Assembly (NCBI GenBank): GCA_950097015.1
Contig: CATNEN010000029.1
Span: 7,006,001-7,070,000, forward strand
Length of the DNA: 64,000 nucleotides
Direction of reading: 5' to 3'
Origin: Macrostomum hystrix
Taxonomy: Eukaryota > Animalia > Platyhelminthes
In this document: positions 1-13,119 of the stretch, one piece after another
Numbering within the stretch: position 1 is the stretch's first letter
Layout: the number at the start of each line of letters is the position of its first letter
Translations under genes and position numbers: made by a program
The notes under the pieces: generated by a model
Told to the model about the DNA's origin: nothing
The model's input: only the letters and a program-made list of their open reading frames with translations
The model's database searches: none

Positions 1-397
1 TTGATAAATTTATTTATATTTCTCTTGATTGCGAAATAGCTGGCACACTTGACAATATTTGTACTCGTACTAGTATAATTTACTGCTGTGCAAACACTCA
101 CTACGTGAATGACTATACAAGTAGACACACACATGTGTTGCCATTAAAACAATAGTGTTAGAATTTTAATCTGTCAATTAGGGATTGCTTCTCATATTCT
201 TCTCTCTATTTCTCTCTGTCCCTGCTACTGACACGGTGATACAAAATATTGACTAGAATATATCATATTTACTTTTCTCAATGACTGCTCATATAAGAAG
301 AATAAATACAACTTCTCGTTAAAAAATCCTTAAATATATTTCGCATGACCTCCTTTATTTTCTTCACAAGCTAAATCGAGGCCCTTAATCTGCTAAA

Positions 398-2521
398 GTA
401 AGTGAGATAGATGTACACTGTAGTAAATGAGATGCATGTACACTGTATTAAGTGAGATGGATGTACACTGCAGTAAGTGAGATAAATGTACACTGCAGTA
501 AGTGAGATGGATGCACACTGCGGTAAGTGAGATGGATGTACACTGCAGTAAGTGAGATGTACACTGCAGTAAGTGAGATGGATGTACACTGCAGTAAGTG
601 AGATAAGTGTACACTGCAGTAAGAGAGATATGTGTACACTGCAGTAAGTGAGATAAATGTACACTGCAGTAAGTGAGATGGATGTACACTGCAGTAAGTG
701 AGATGGATGTACACTGCAGTAAGTGAGATGGATGTACACTGCAGTAAGTGAGATGGATGTACACTGCAGTAAGTGAGATGGATGTACACTGCAGTAAATG
801 AGATGCATGTACACTGTATTAAGTGAGATGGATGTACACTGCAGTAAGTGAGATAAATGTACACTGCAGTAAGTGAGATGGATGTACACTGCGGTAAGTG
901 AGATGGATGTACACTACAGTAAGTGAGATAAGTGTACACTGCAGTAAGAGAGATATGTGTACACTGCAGTAAGTGAGATAAATGTACACTGCAGTAAGTG
1001 AGATGGATGTACACTGCAGTAAGTGAGATGGATGTACACTGCAGTAAGTGAGATGGATGTACACTGCAGTAAGTGAGATGGATGTACACTGCAGTAAGTG
1101 AGATGGATGTACACTGCAGTAAATGAGATGCATGTACACTGTATTAAGTGAGATGGATGTACACTGCAGTAAGTGAGATGGATGTACACTGCAGTAAGTG
1201 AGATGGATGTACACTGCAGTAAGTGAGATGGATGTACACTGCAGTAAGTGAGATAAGTGTACACTGCAGTAAGAGAGATATGTGTACACTGCAGTAAGTG
1301 AGATAAATGTACACTGCAGTAAGTGAGATGGATGTACACTGCAGTAAGTGAGATGGATGTACACTGCAGTAAGTGAGATGGATGTACACTGCAGTAAGAG
1401 AGATATGTGTACACTGCAGTAAGTGAGATAAATGTACACTGCAGTAAGTGAGATGGATGTACACTGCAGTAAGTGAGATGGATGTACACTGCAGTAAGTG
1501 AGATGGATGCACACTGTAGTAAGTGAGATGGATGTACACTGCAGTAAGATAGATGTACACTACAGTAAGTGAGATAAGTGTACACTGCAGTAAGAGAGAT
1601 ATGTGTACACTGCAGTAAGTGAGATAAATGTACACTGCAGTAAGTGAGATGGATGTACACTGCAGTAAGTGAGATGGATGTACACTGCAGTAAGTGAGAT
1701 GGATGCACACTGTAGTAAGTGAGATGGATGTACACTGCAGTAAGATAGATGTACACTGCAGTAAGTGAGGTAAATGTACACTGTAGTAAGTGAGATGGAT
1801 GTACACTGTATTAAGTGAGATGGATGTACACTGCAGTAAGTGAGATGGATGTACACTGCAGTAAGTGAGATGGATGTACACTGCAGTAAGTGAGATAGAT
1901 GTACACTGTAGTAAGTGAGATGGATGTACACTGTATTAAGTGAGATGGATGTACACTGCAGTAAGTGAGATGGATGTACACTGCAGTAAGTGAGATGGAT
2001 GTACACTGCAGTAAGTGAGATGGATGTACACTGCAGTAAGTGAGATGGATGTACACTGCAGTAAGTGAGATGGATGTACACTGTAGTAAGTGAGATAAGT
2101 GTACACTGTAGTAAGTGAGATAAGTGTACACTGTAGTAAGTGAGATAAGTGTACACTGTAGTAAGTGAGATAAGTGTACACTGTAGTAAGTGAGATAAGT
2201 GTACACTGTAGTAAGTGAGATAAGTGTACACTGTAGTAAGTGAGATAAATGTACACTGCAGTAAGTGAGATAAGTGTACACTGTAGTAAGTGAGATAAAT
2301 GTACACTGCAGTAAGTGAGATAAGTGTACACTGAGGTAAGTGGGATAGATGAACACTGTAGTAAGTGAGATAAGTGTACACTGTAGTAAGTGAGATAAGT
2401 GTACACTGTAGTAAGTGAGATAAGTGTACACTGTAGTAAGTGAGATAAGTGTACACTGTAGTAAGTGAGATAAGTGTACACTGTAGTAAGTGAGATAAGT
2501 GTACACTGTAGTAAGTGAGAT
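398..2521. repeat. 25-nt minisatellite array (GTACACTGCAGTAAGTGAGATGGAT), ~85 copies
   Basis: The unit is read directly. It produces the overlapping MYIHLTYCSVHPSHLLQCTSISLTAV pseudo-ORFs in all three minus frames. Confidence 0.97.
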
Positions 2522-3079
2522 TGCTGCTAAGAGATTTATGTTTAAAAGGTGCGATAAATGATTGGGACGTCAATTACGTGAATTAAGATAGAATCAAATC
2601 CGGAAAATTTTGATAAAACTCTATCTAGCGATAGAGTGTCTGTGCATTTATTATATTTCTGTTTCTTAGAAAACATTTTTAGCGCAAAAATGTTAAGTGT
2701 GATAGTCAAGAAGACAAATAGAAACATAGAAGTCTGCAATATAACAAATAATCAGATTGGAGTTTAAGTGGAGTTAAACAAAGCTCATATATATCATTAA
2801 AATTACTTTCGCAAGCTACCCGCACCATCGATTTAGGCAGTAGTGAGAAGTTAGCTCATAAAACTGTACTAGTTTTAAAAAAATAAGCACTTTTGCAAGC
2901 CCTAAACCCTAAGAGTGCATGCTAAGAGTGCATCCGCTTACTGCGCATCTGGGAAAGTGAAATTTAAAATCGGCTGAACAAGCTGTAAGATATCGCAAGA
3001 AAAAAAGCTGCAGAAAATGTGCATTTTCGAAATGTTTGTTCAACGGAGGGTTCTAAATTCTAATCCGAAAGTCTTTGTT

Positions 3080-6000
3080 TTAGTCTTTGCCCACAAGCGC
3101 CTGCAGCAGCTTCTTATAGTCACCAGAAGTGTCGTCCTTGATCCAGCGCCACAAAGTCTGTTTGGTGAGCTCAAGGAAGCATTTCTTGATCTGCACCATG
3201 TCGATCTGCACATTGTCAATGGAAAACACAAACATTTATTCGGATTTTCATATACTTTGATGTCTTTTTTATTATGTATAAGTTAATTTACGCTCGTAAA
3301 TATTAAATGACATATTAATCGCATCGAAATTTAGAAACATCGAAATTAACTGACAGCCCTCATTAACATCACCAATCTACTTCAATCTGAAATCTTACTT
3401 TCCTTATCAATACACCCACCTCACTCCTACAGGCACCCACCTCATTTCTCCATACACCCACCTCACTTCTCCATACACCCACCTCACTCCTCCATACTCC
3501 CATCCCACTCCTCCAGGCACCAACCTCACTCCACGATACACCTGCCTCACTTTCTCATACACCCATTTCACTTTTCCATACGCCCAGGATCTCCTCCATT
3601 CACAAACCACACTATTTTATGCTCCAACAGTCATTAATATAATCTCCACCTACCTCTGCGCGGCTGACGATGATCCTAATTAGCGTCTTATCGTCGGTGC
3701 CAAGGCCCTTCATGGCGTCGCGTAGTCGTTCGGCGAAGTACATCGGCCGGCAGCGAATGTTCATCACGATGCCGCGGAGAGCGCGCTTATAATCTCCGCT
3801 AGTCTCGCGATCGATGGAATTCAGAATGTCGCGCTGGGCAATCTTGAGAAATAAAGTAAAACAAATTGTACGGCTTTGAAAGTTAGTTCATCGTAAAGGG
3901 CGGAAAAGAAAATAATAATCGGTGGACTTTTAAGAAAGTCGGTCATTGGGAGCAATCGTCAAGTAGGCAGTGGGTATTTGAAATAGGCCCGCGGTCTCCC
4001 GTAAGTGGGCAATGTTATGTTAGAAGTCAAGGCAGAGAGCCGATATATATATTATTGTTTAGTCAAGTGCAGTGAGCAATGGACATTGTACGCGTCAATG
4101 GGGGACTGGGGGGCAGGTGCACTGAGATAGAAAGAGAAAGACTGCACCTCGGCTAGCCAGCATCGATCATTACACAACAGGCAATAGCTCTGTATTTCTA
4201 CTGTTACAGGTTAAAATGAAGTCAAATATTTGACAATTAAGTAATAGCTTAATTTGGCGAATTGCTTATATTGAATGATGCTTGTTAAATGACTGTGTTA
4301 TATTGCTGCTAAGTTTTTAAAAATTGAAAAATTCACTAATTTGCTATTCTGACAATACAAGGGACTATTTCAAAATCTCAAAATAATAATTTGCTTTATC
4401 GTAGGAATTTTATCGTAGTCAACCAGACCAAAAAAAGCGAAAGCAGATCAGTAAATTAAATATTCAGCTGCTTGAAATTCATGGAGTTTGAAGATGGTAT
4501 TGATAAAATGAGGTGGAGATTAAAATTATTAAAAGTGAGAATGATTAAGCCTATGAGGCATGAAATAGATAAGAATGATAAATATTCGATAATAATGTCT
4601 GCAAATACTAAAAAAGAGTATGTGTTTTGATTTTGGGATATTATGTGTAAAAAATGTGACTTGCTAAAACGGCCCTTTTTAGGGCCACCGTTTAATGCGC
4701 TGTGTGCTTTATTAGTTTAGACGCTTGTGTGCTGGAAACTGCTATTAGACTAGTTCATATCGACATTTTTTACTGAGGCAGGCAAAAACAAAGTTCTGGC
4801 CAAAGTGAAATAAACCGCCTTGTCTTTGGAGTACAACAGGATGTGTGTTCGAGAGGACTCACCTTGACGTATTCATTCCAGATCTCGCGCAGAGTGTAGT
4901 AATCCCTGGTGGAGAAGATCAGGTTGAATGTCTCCTCGTCGGTGCCCCACCGATCTTCGCCGGCCTTAAAAAGCCGGTTGGCGTCGTTCTTAGCCTGCAA
5001 ATTTTTCAAACAAGTCAAACAATTTTCTTATAATCTTACTAACAGTAGCAATATATCCTAAATATTGCATTATCATAATCAAAACGCAAAGCAAACCTTC
5101 TGCATGTCCACCAGCCTCTGATAGTTGATGTCAAACATTCCAGTTGGCTTCTCATTGGCGATCACCTCCTCCACTGCCTGCTCAAGTCGCTCTCTGGTGA
5201 TTTCGTAGCGACCTCCCTGCGAATAAAATAAAACTCAAAATTAAAGGTCAGGATTTGACTCAACAATATCTCATTCCCCCAATATTTACCTCCCTCACTG
5301 CAATTCATTCACCCTCATCAATCTCCCTCAACCTACTCGACAATCTCCCTCACCCTACTCATCAATCTCCCTCACCCTACTCATCAATCTCCCTCACCCT
5401 ACTCGACAATCTCCCTCACCCTACTCATCAATCTCCATCACCCTACTCGTCAATCTCCCTCACCCTACTCATCAATCTCCCTCAACCTACTAATCAATCT
5501 CCCTCACCCTACTCTCCAATCTCCCTCAACCTACTCATCAATCTCCCTCAACCTACTCATCAATCTCCCTCAACCTACTCATCAATCTCCCTCACCCTAC
5601 TCATCCATCTCCCTCAACCTACTCATCAATCTCCCTCAACCTACTCATCCATCTCCCTCAACCTACTCATCAATCTCCCTCAACCTACTCATCAATCTCC
5701 CTCACCCTACTCTCCAATCTCCCTCACCCTACTCATCAATCTCCCTCACCCTACTCTCCAATCTCCCTCACCCTACTCATCAATCTCCATCACCCTACTC
5801 ATCAATCTCCATCACCCTACTCATCAATCTCCATCACCTACTCATCAATCTCCATCACCCTACTCTCCAATCTCCATCACCCTTCTCTTCAGTCTCCCTG
5901 TCCATAAGAAGGCCGGGTATGCAATCCGCGATCGCTGCTCACCTGCGATGCGGCCACCAGCAGCTTCTTGAAGTTGCCGCTCGTGTCGCCCCGAATGTCG

Positions 6001-7693
6001 TCCTCCAGCAGGGACTTGGAAGCCTTCCGATTCGGGCTGGCCACATCGGCGTAGACCTCCTTCACCTCGCGAATCTGAGCATTCGTTCGCGTCATGAAGA
6101 TCTCAATGAGGGCCTGCTCATCCGTGCCCAAGCCGTAGATGGCCTCCTTCACCGACCAAGCGTCGTAGATTGCTGGCTGCACAAAGCAGGCCATGACGGT
6201 TTCGCGAAAGTCGCCTGACAATTCGCTCTTGATGTCGGCGATGAGGTCGCGGCCGTACATAGTTTTGAACATCTCCTTGAGCCGTTGACGCTGGGCGTTG
6301 CACCGAGTGGCCACCACGTGGATGATGGCGTCCTCGTCTGTGCCCAGACCCTTCATGGCCTTGCGCAGGTACTCGCAGTCGGCCTCCGGGTCCCACGGCT
6401 TCCCGGCCAGATCCTGGCTGCGGTCCTTCCTGTAGAAGTCCACCACAGGATCCTCAGGCGGATAGTTCCCGAACGGCTTCACCGTGCCCTCGGTGATCTC
6501 GAAGGTGCCGGACACGGATAGGCGGCGCATCAGCTCGTCGACAAACATCCTCTTGATCTCGGCCTTCAATGTGTCGCTCTTGGCGACCTCCTCCTGGGGC
6601 GGCGGCGCCGGCTGCTCGAGTTGAGAAAGAGGAAGAGTTGTAAGGATGAGAGGGATTTTAGAAATGGGAAGGATTGTAGGGGATGGGAGGGATGGATAGA
6701 TAGATGTGAGATAGATATTGCAGGAGGGCTGCTAGCAGTGGCACATCATTTGGTGACACTAGACCTGCAGCCAGCGAGAAGGCTATTCTGCCCATTCCGC
6801 TGACTCCTGAGCACACACGCACACAGATACTGTACGCAGGCACACTGCTCACACATGTGTGTACATCTGCCCTGACTTTCTCATCGTTGGGCCGTGTACA
6901 CTTTCACTGTGCCATGGAGGTTAGGCACCAATGGCGTAAATTGCACGACACGACAAGCCCCCAAGCCTTCTTCTCCGCGGCTGCGCCTTAAATGAATGTG
7001 ACCTCGCCGCGGAGTCGAACTTAGGGACCTTGGCACGTGAGGCAAATGCGTGCAAATGCAAATGAGAGGCCCAGTTTGACATATTTATTCAGTTTGAGGC
7101 CTACCGGAGCACTCGGTGACTGCATAGCCGCTTGTGGTGCCTCCTGCCTGCCAGCGGACATCATCCGCTGCTGCTCAGCCGCCATAGCCGCCATCTGGCG
7201 CTGCATCTGCTGCATGGCGTGCATCTGCTGGTCGTAGATCTGCGTGTTCATGTGGTTGATGTAGGAGCTGTATGGCATGGCCTGTGGCTCCACTGGAACA
7301 GCCACTGGCACCTGGAAATGGGTTGGCGTCGAAGAAAATTCCATCATCAACTGGATGAAAGCGTCTTGGAGTTATTTTTTTCGTGAGCATACCATCTGAG
7401 GCTGGGCGCCGTATTGCTGGTTCATCTGCTGCACTGCTGGCACCGATTGGAAGGAGGCAAAGGCGTGGCTCTGCTGCCAGCCAAGGCCAGATCCTACGGC
7501 TGTTGTTCAGGGCTTGTTTTTTAAGATTACTGGTCATTGCATAATTATTTTAAAACTATCGAAAAAACCGCTACAAAAACTATTTCTTACCCTGACCATA
7601 CGGTTGGTTATAATTGACATTGTAGGACGAATTCATTGAACCATATGCGTTCTGTCCAAACACTCCGCCAGTAGGAGGGTAGTTGCTTCCATA
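3080..7693 (-). CDS. Annexin (invertebrate group-B type, A7/A11-like long N-terminus), 8 exons assembled, start codon unresolved
   Basis: Exons (minus): 7591-7693, 7393-7499, 7105-7350, 5943-6611, 5097-5216, 4863-4994, 3654-3842, 3080-3205. All introns are GT-AG and phases are compatible; the total is 1692 nt = 563 aa + TAA. Four annexin repeats are present: MKGLGTDEDAII..SELSGDF, IYGLGTDEQALIE..GDTSGNF, GEDRWGTDEETF..RETSGDY and MKGLGTDDKTLIRIIVSRAEIDM..DDTSGDYKKLLQALVGKD*. The N-terminal exons read YGSNYPPTGGVFGQNAYG.. and QQMHAMQQMQRQM.. The four core repeats are certain; the three 5'-most exons are less so. Confidence 0.95.
3411..3600. repeat. Degenerate ~21-nt C-rich minisatellite (ATACACCCACCTCACTxCTCC) in last annexin intron
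   Basis: Repeated ATACACCCACCTCAC cores between exons 3080-3205 and 3654-3842. Confidence 0.85.
5300..5880. repeat. 22-nt pyrimidine-rich minisatellite (CAATCTCCCTCACCCTACTCAT) in annexin intron
   Basis: The unit is read directly and fills most of intron 5217-5942. It explains the plus-strand ORF 5255-5971, which has a 22-aa periodicity. Confidence 0.95.
6826..7060 (-). mobile_element. tRNA-derived SINE, family B, in annexin intron
   Basis: High identity by eye to 20158-20420 (GTGTACATCTGyCCTGACTTTCTCATCG.., CCAAGCCTTCT..CCGCGGCTGCGCC) and to the reverse complement of 56090-56255. The minus strand has a B-box-like GTTCGACTCC. Confidence 0.8.
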
Positions 7694-9473
7694 CTGAGAA
7701 AAAAGGGCAATATTGTTTCATATTTAGTGAGATCGTAAAAATGTCGAACTGCTATATTTAAAATTTTACATAAACAAAATAATTTCAATTCTCACTCCAT
7801 TTGCAGCCAGTTACTCTACTCTAGTTAAATAAATAAAAATATTTTTTTAAAGACACACTTCTTAAAAATTTATTTTTGTGTTTTACTGATACATTCTTAC
7901 TTATAAATTCAAAACTGATACTAAACACAAAGAAAGTGCCATGAGGCTGAAATACGATCAAATAAAATGTGATTCAAAACTAATTTTACATTTTTGTAAT
8001 GTATGAACATGATGCAACACCACAATGCGAGTTAACTATTTGAATTAGGTCATAAGAAACATGTTTTTAGAAAAAGCACTTTTTAAATAATAAGAAGTGA
8101 CTTACAAAAGCCATATTCAGCACAATTGTGCGTCGTAAAAAGTACAAATAATAAAATAGGAAATTTATATGTGCAAAGCGAATTCGACTTAAAATATAAC
8201 TGTTTACACTAGTATACTTAACCTGCCTAGAAGTATATAAAGGTTATCAGTTTTTCTAATACAAAAATAAAATTAAATGTTTCTTGTTAACAGTTGCTAA
8301 CAAGTTTCATAACTTCATCAAACAATTAATTTAAATATTGTTTAAATAATATCCGGTTTAAATTTCACTAACTTAATAGTTGTAACATTGTATAGAAGCA
8401 ATGTCATCATTTAAGGGTCTAGAAAAGTGCCAACCTTTTACGCAAAATTGTGCATCATTTTGGAGCTTTTAATTGCTGTAAAAATGAGTGCTTCATAAAA
8501 ATTTTAATCAGATTTTTACTTCAGTCTGTTTGCATAAATTGATCAGGGGTCTTAAATCGCAGTTTTAAATTTAACAATGGCTTGGTTTAAACTGTACATC
8601 AACTGATGATAAATGATAACTAAATAAAGAAACGAAGGATCTGAGGATGATAATAAAGAAAGCTGGAAAACATGTACTGAGCATTAAAAAAAAATACTAT
8701 ACATATTCGATCATATCGTACGTTTTCTCGTCTACTTGAAGTAGCCAGGTGCTGTTTCTATGTATTTTTTCTCCTAATACTTTTAACTACTCGCATTTTA
8801 AGCCTAATTGGATTGGATTTGATTCCTTACCAATTTTAGAACCACAGCTAACAATGATTCCAAAGCACTTTGCCTCTGAGAAAATGATACATAAAAGTTT
8901 CCATTTTATTTTCATTATACATGAATAACTGCTGCAGTGACCAGGATGTCCGCCCTATAGACCGGTGCTTATCCGCCCCATGCATGTTTTCCCTTGTTCT
9001 ACCAAGAATATCTGCCATTGATCCGCCTCCCATCCGAATCCCAATTTACTTCTTAAAGTGATTCCCGGCCGTCCCTATCGCATTCATCATCCGCCATTGA
9101 CCGCAGTTAACTCGATGGCCCCCCAGCTGTTGCGAAGAGTGGAAGCGGAAGAAATAGCTTCAGCTGCAGGGGCTATTAAAAGGTAGCTATATAGAGTAAA
9201 AAACACTGATACGGGCCTGTCTTATTCCACCCCATCAACAAGCTGAAAGCAAACTTCCGGGAAGAAGGGCCGGCAGGGAAGAATTGTAGAAGCAGAAGTA
9301 AGCGAAGATGGCATGGAACAGCATAGGGAAAAACATATTACAAGCCGCATCTTGTTGGAGCAATTCGCGGCTCCTCCCATATGATTCGCATTTTTCTTCC
9401 ATATCTTCGCATCCGCTTACACTCTACGATTTGATGTCTGCATGAAAAATGACACCAGCGCCCCTATAAACTG

Positions 9474-11035
9474 GATCAGGATCCCAAATAGGGAAGTTAA
9501 TCCATCAGCCTAGCTACTCGACCTTTATTGTGTAGTTTTCATGGAGTTTAAACTACAGGTTGATTGTGCATGTAGGTATCAAATGAGAAAAGCGATATAA
9601 ATTATATAATGAACTTATTTATATATTGCGGCAGCTGCATTTTGTATTACAGGCAGTAAAATTGTATTTGTAGTATTTAATATGTCCAAATCAAATCTGC
9701 TCTACCCTATAGTCAATCTGCACATACCATACTGCACATACCATAGTCAAATCTGCACATAACATAGTCAAATCTGCACATTCCCGATAGTCAAATCTGC
9801 ACAGACCATAGTCAAATCTGCACATTCCATAGTCAAATCTGCACATTCCCCATAGTCAAATCTGCACATTCCATAGTCAAATCTGCACATTCCCCATAGT
9901 CAAATCTGCACATTCCCCATAGTCAAATCTGCACATTCCCCATAGTCAAATCTGCACATTCCCCATAGTCAAATCTGCACATTCCCCATAGTCAAATCTG
10001 CACATTCCATATTCAAATCTGCACATTCCATAGTCAAATCTGCACATACCATAGTCAAATCTGCACATTCCATAGTCAATCTGCACATAACATAGTCAAA
10101 TCTGCACATTCCCGATAGTCAAATCTGCACAGACCATAGTCAAATCTGCACATTCCATAGTCAAATCTGCACATTCCATATTCAAATCTACACATTCCAT
10201 AGTCAAATCTGCACATTCCATAGTCAAATCTGCACATTCCATAGTCAAATCTATACCTCCATGCACGATAGGACCCAAAGTCTAAAGTTAACAAAAATCC
10301 CCAAATCACAGAGGTATTTGAAAATTAGTATTTGATCAGGATCCCAAATAGGGAAGTTAATCCATCAGCCTAGCTACTCGACCTTTATTGTGTATTTTTC
10401 ATGGAGTTTAAACCACAGGTTGATTGTGCATGTAGGTATCAAATGAGAAAAGCGATGTAAATTATATAATGAACTTAGTTGTATATTGCGGCAGCTGCAT
10501 TTTGTATTACAGGCAGTAAAATTGTATTTGTAGTATTTGATATGTCCAAATCAAATCTGCTCTACCCTATAGTCAATCTGCACAGACCATAGTCAAATCT
10601 GCACAGACCATAGTCAAATCTGCTCTACCCTATAGTCAATCTGCACAGACCATAGTCAAATCTGCACAGACCATAGTCAAATCTGCACATAACATAGTCA
10701 AATCTGCACATACCATAGTAAAATCTGCACATACCATAGTCAAATCTGCACATACCATAGTCAATCTGCACATTCCATAGTAAAATCTGCACATTCCATA
10801 GTAAAATCTGCACATTCCATAGTAAAATCTGCACATTCCATAGTCAAATCTGCACATTCCATAGTCAATCTGCACATTCCATATTAAAATTTGCACATTC
10901 CATATTCAAATCTGCACATTCCATAGTAAAATCTGCACATTCCATAGTCAAATCTGCACATTCCATAGTCAAATCTATACCTCCATGCACGATAGGACCC
11001 AAAGTCTAAAGTTACCAAAATCCCCAAATCACAGA
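9474..11035. repeat. Tandem duplication (units 9474-10312 and 10334-11035), each containing a 21-nt VNTR (CATAGTCAAATCTGCACATTC)
   Basis: A ~240-nt unique block beginning GATCAGGATCCCAAATAGGGAAG occurs at 9474 and 10334. Each copy is followed by the 21-mer array (9710-10255; 10570-10975) and the same ~60-nt tail (ATACCTCCATGCACGATAGGACCCAAAGTCTAAAG). Confidence 0.95.
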
Positions 11036-13119
11036 ATTGTATGTAAGTTCTGTAAATATAATTGACCCAGCGCAATTTCCAACCCCTGGATCGACTATCC
11101 TAAAAGGTAAATTCTAAAAGGTAATGGAAGCCTTCACCGACCACGCGGTGGTCACAGTATAAAACTCGAATCTGTAGTTTCAAAAATAGCTTGCCGCTTT
11201 TATTCCCCCCTTTTCGAAGAAAAAAGGCGGCACTCTATATAAGCTAGTAGTGCTGGGGACCGGACCCTGGCTTATCGTGTTATCTTATCGCCGGCGGGTA
11301 AACAGGATGATTGAATTAGATTCTGAAGAACCTGAATGCTTCTGGATGCACACACACATCAGCTTGCGTTTCAATAGCTCCGTCGGTGCGTCATTTTTGT
11401 TCTTGTCGCTATTGTTGGGGCTAAATATTTAAGAACACTTTTGACAGAAGATAGAAATAAGGCCTGTGCATTTTCATTGGCCGTGTACAATGTTCAGTCG
11501 GTGGACTGGCCCTTTCGGACATAATATTTAGGCCTCTCTGAACAGGCACCTCTCACTTGATTCACAATTCATGAGCTTTTGGCCAATTATCCGGCTTTTT
11601 TATGACGACCCTTCTTTTCGATCTGCCCTCGTGCCATTTTCATATTATCCTGCTCTGAGACATTGGGACACGTGACTGCAAATGTGCTGACTGACTGACT
11701 GACTGGGTCGCATCAGCGGCGAAACACTCGATTTCAGGCTGAAGCTTTGGGATTTGGTTCAAGGGGGCAACTTTGAGCTTGCTAGCCAGGGGGTGGGTAA
11801 TAATTGGCATCGGGAGTAGTTAGACAAGTTGAAAAGAATTTTTCAAAGCTCTTGAAGGGCCTGTTTTTTGTTTCTAAACAAAAGCAGACAGAGAGGGGAA
11901 TGCGGCCAACCCCTCCTATTTGCTGCTCTTTGGCAGAGCTATAGGCGCTGTTCAAGTTTTCGCTCTCTTTCTATATGGAAGGCAAGAATTTTTTTTGAAA
12001 AGTCAAACAAAATTTCAACAAGCCTGCATTCCGTGCCGCTTGACAACAATCGCTAACATTTTTGAGCAGCCTTTGCCTAAACTTTACGAAAAACACAGCT
12101 AAATATGCGTTTCCTTCTGCAGGCCAATTTTGAGTGCTTCTCAAATCGAAAGGCGTGTCTCTCAGACAAATATTCTCAAAAGTGTCACTCCGCCAATCTC
12201 GGCCTATGAAAGTATAGATTTCTAAAAACTTAAATTATTCGGCCCGTCATTCATCCATCGGTGCTGTTTATTCCCCGCGTCAAACCGCCCGCCCCAAACC
12301 CCGCCTGCCAAGTGCTTGCCGCAAATAAAAAATCTGCCTATCTATCTGTCTAGTGAGTTTCTAGACTCATTTTTGAGCACATAATTTGAGCACACACACT
12401 TCAATCCAATTATCAATTTCGCCGTTAAATCTGGCGCCTCGAGTGCTGAGTAAATTGAAATCTGGGCCGAACCCCACTTTGCCAGTTTGACTGACACCTG
12501 ATTTGGAATCAAAACAAATTATTCATTCCAAAAAACTGATTAACCGAGTAGTATTCAAGCTGCATTAATTTCGGTCCAATAGAGGGCGTCGTGAGTTCGA
12601 ATCTGTGATCTTATCAAGTCTATATGCATGACTCGGGGAGGAATTAAATTATATATGATAACAAAGTAAATTTATGAAACGTTTCGACTCCAAAGTAAAT
12701 TTGAGGTTTTACATTTTTTCCTAGCATTGCAATATCGCAAAGTGACTTTATTTCATTTCAGTTATTCTTATCTCGGTGTAGTTCTAAATTAAATACACAT
12801 TCAGCGATGTCATTGTCTATTTTAAAGTCTTTCTACTGGCCCGTAAGAGATTTGGGCTCAGAGAGACTGAAAACATGCATTACCGGCTTTATTCTTAGAA
12901 TAACAAACTTTACAATACAAGTTGCAATGCTCAGTGCCGTTAGATCCAGTGGGTTCTGCTTCAGTTCACAGACAGCCAGGGGGTCTGTCCTATTCAGAGA
13001 TACCTGAAGGACAGGCTGCGTGTCTATTCTCAAGGACAGCTCAAAAACATACCTGAAGGATACATGAAGGACTGGATCGGTTTAGGCTGGATGAAGGCTG
13101 AATTAGTTTTACCAAAAAG

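Noticed and set aside
371-2573. Nine overlapping long minus-strand ORFs (up to 337 aa)
   Set aside because: These are translations of the 25-nt array. The same peptide appears in all three frames because the unit lacks stops on that strand.
2900-2915. CCCTAAACCCTAA and similar TTAGGG-like words (also ~47581)
   Set aside because: Only two units, so not an interstitial telomeric array.
7795-7823. Candidate small upstream annexin exon (..CAAATGGA|GTGAG)
   Set aside because: It has an in-frame TAA, and its ATG is out of frame with the next exon. At most it is a UTR exon, so it was not included in the CDS.
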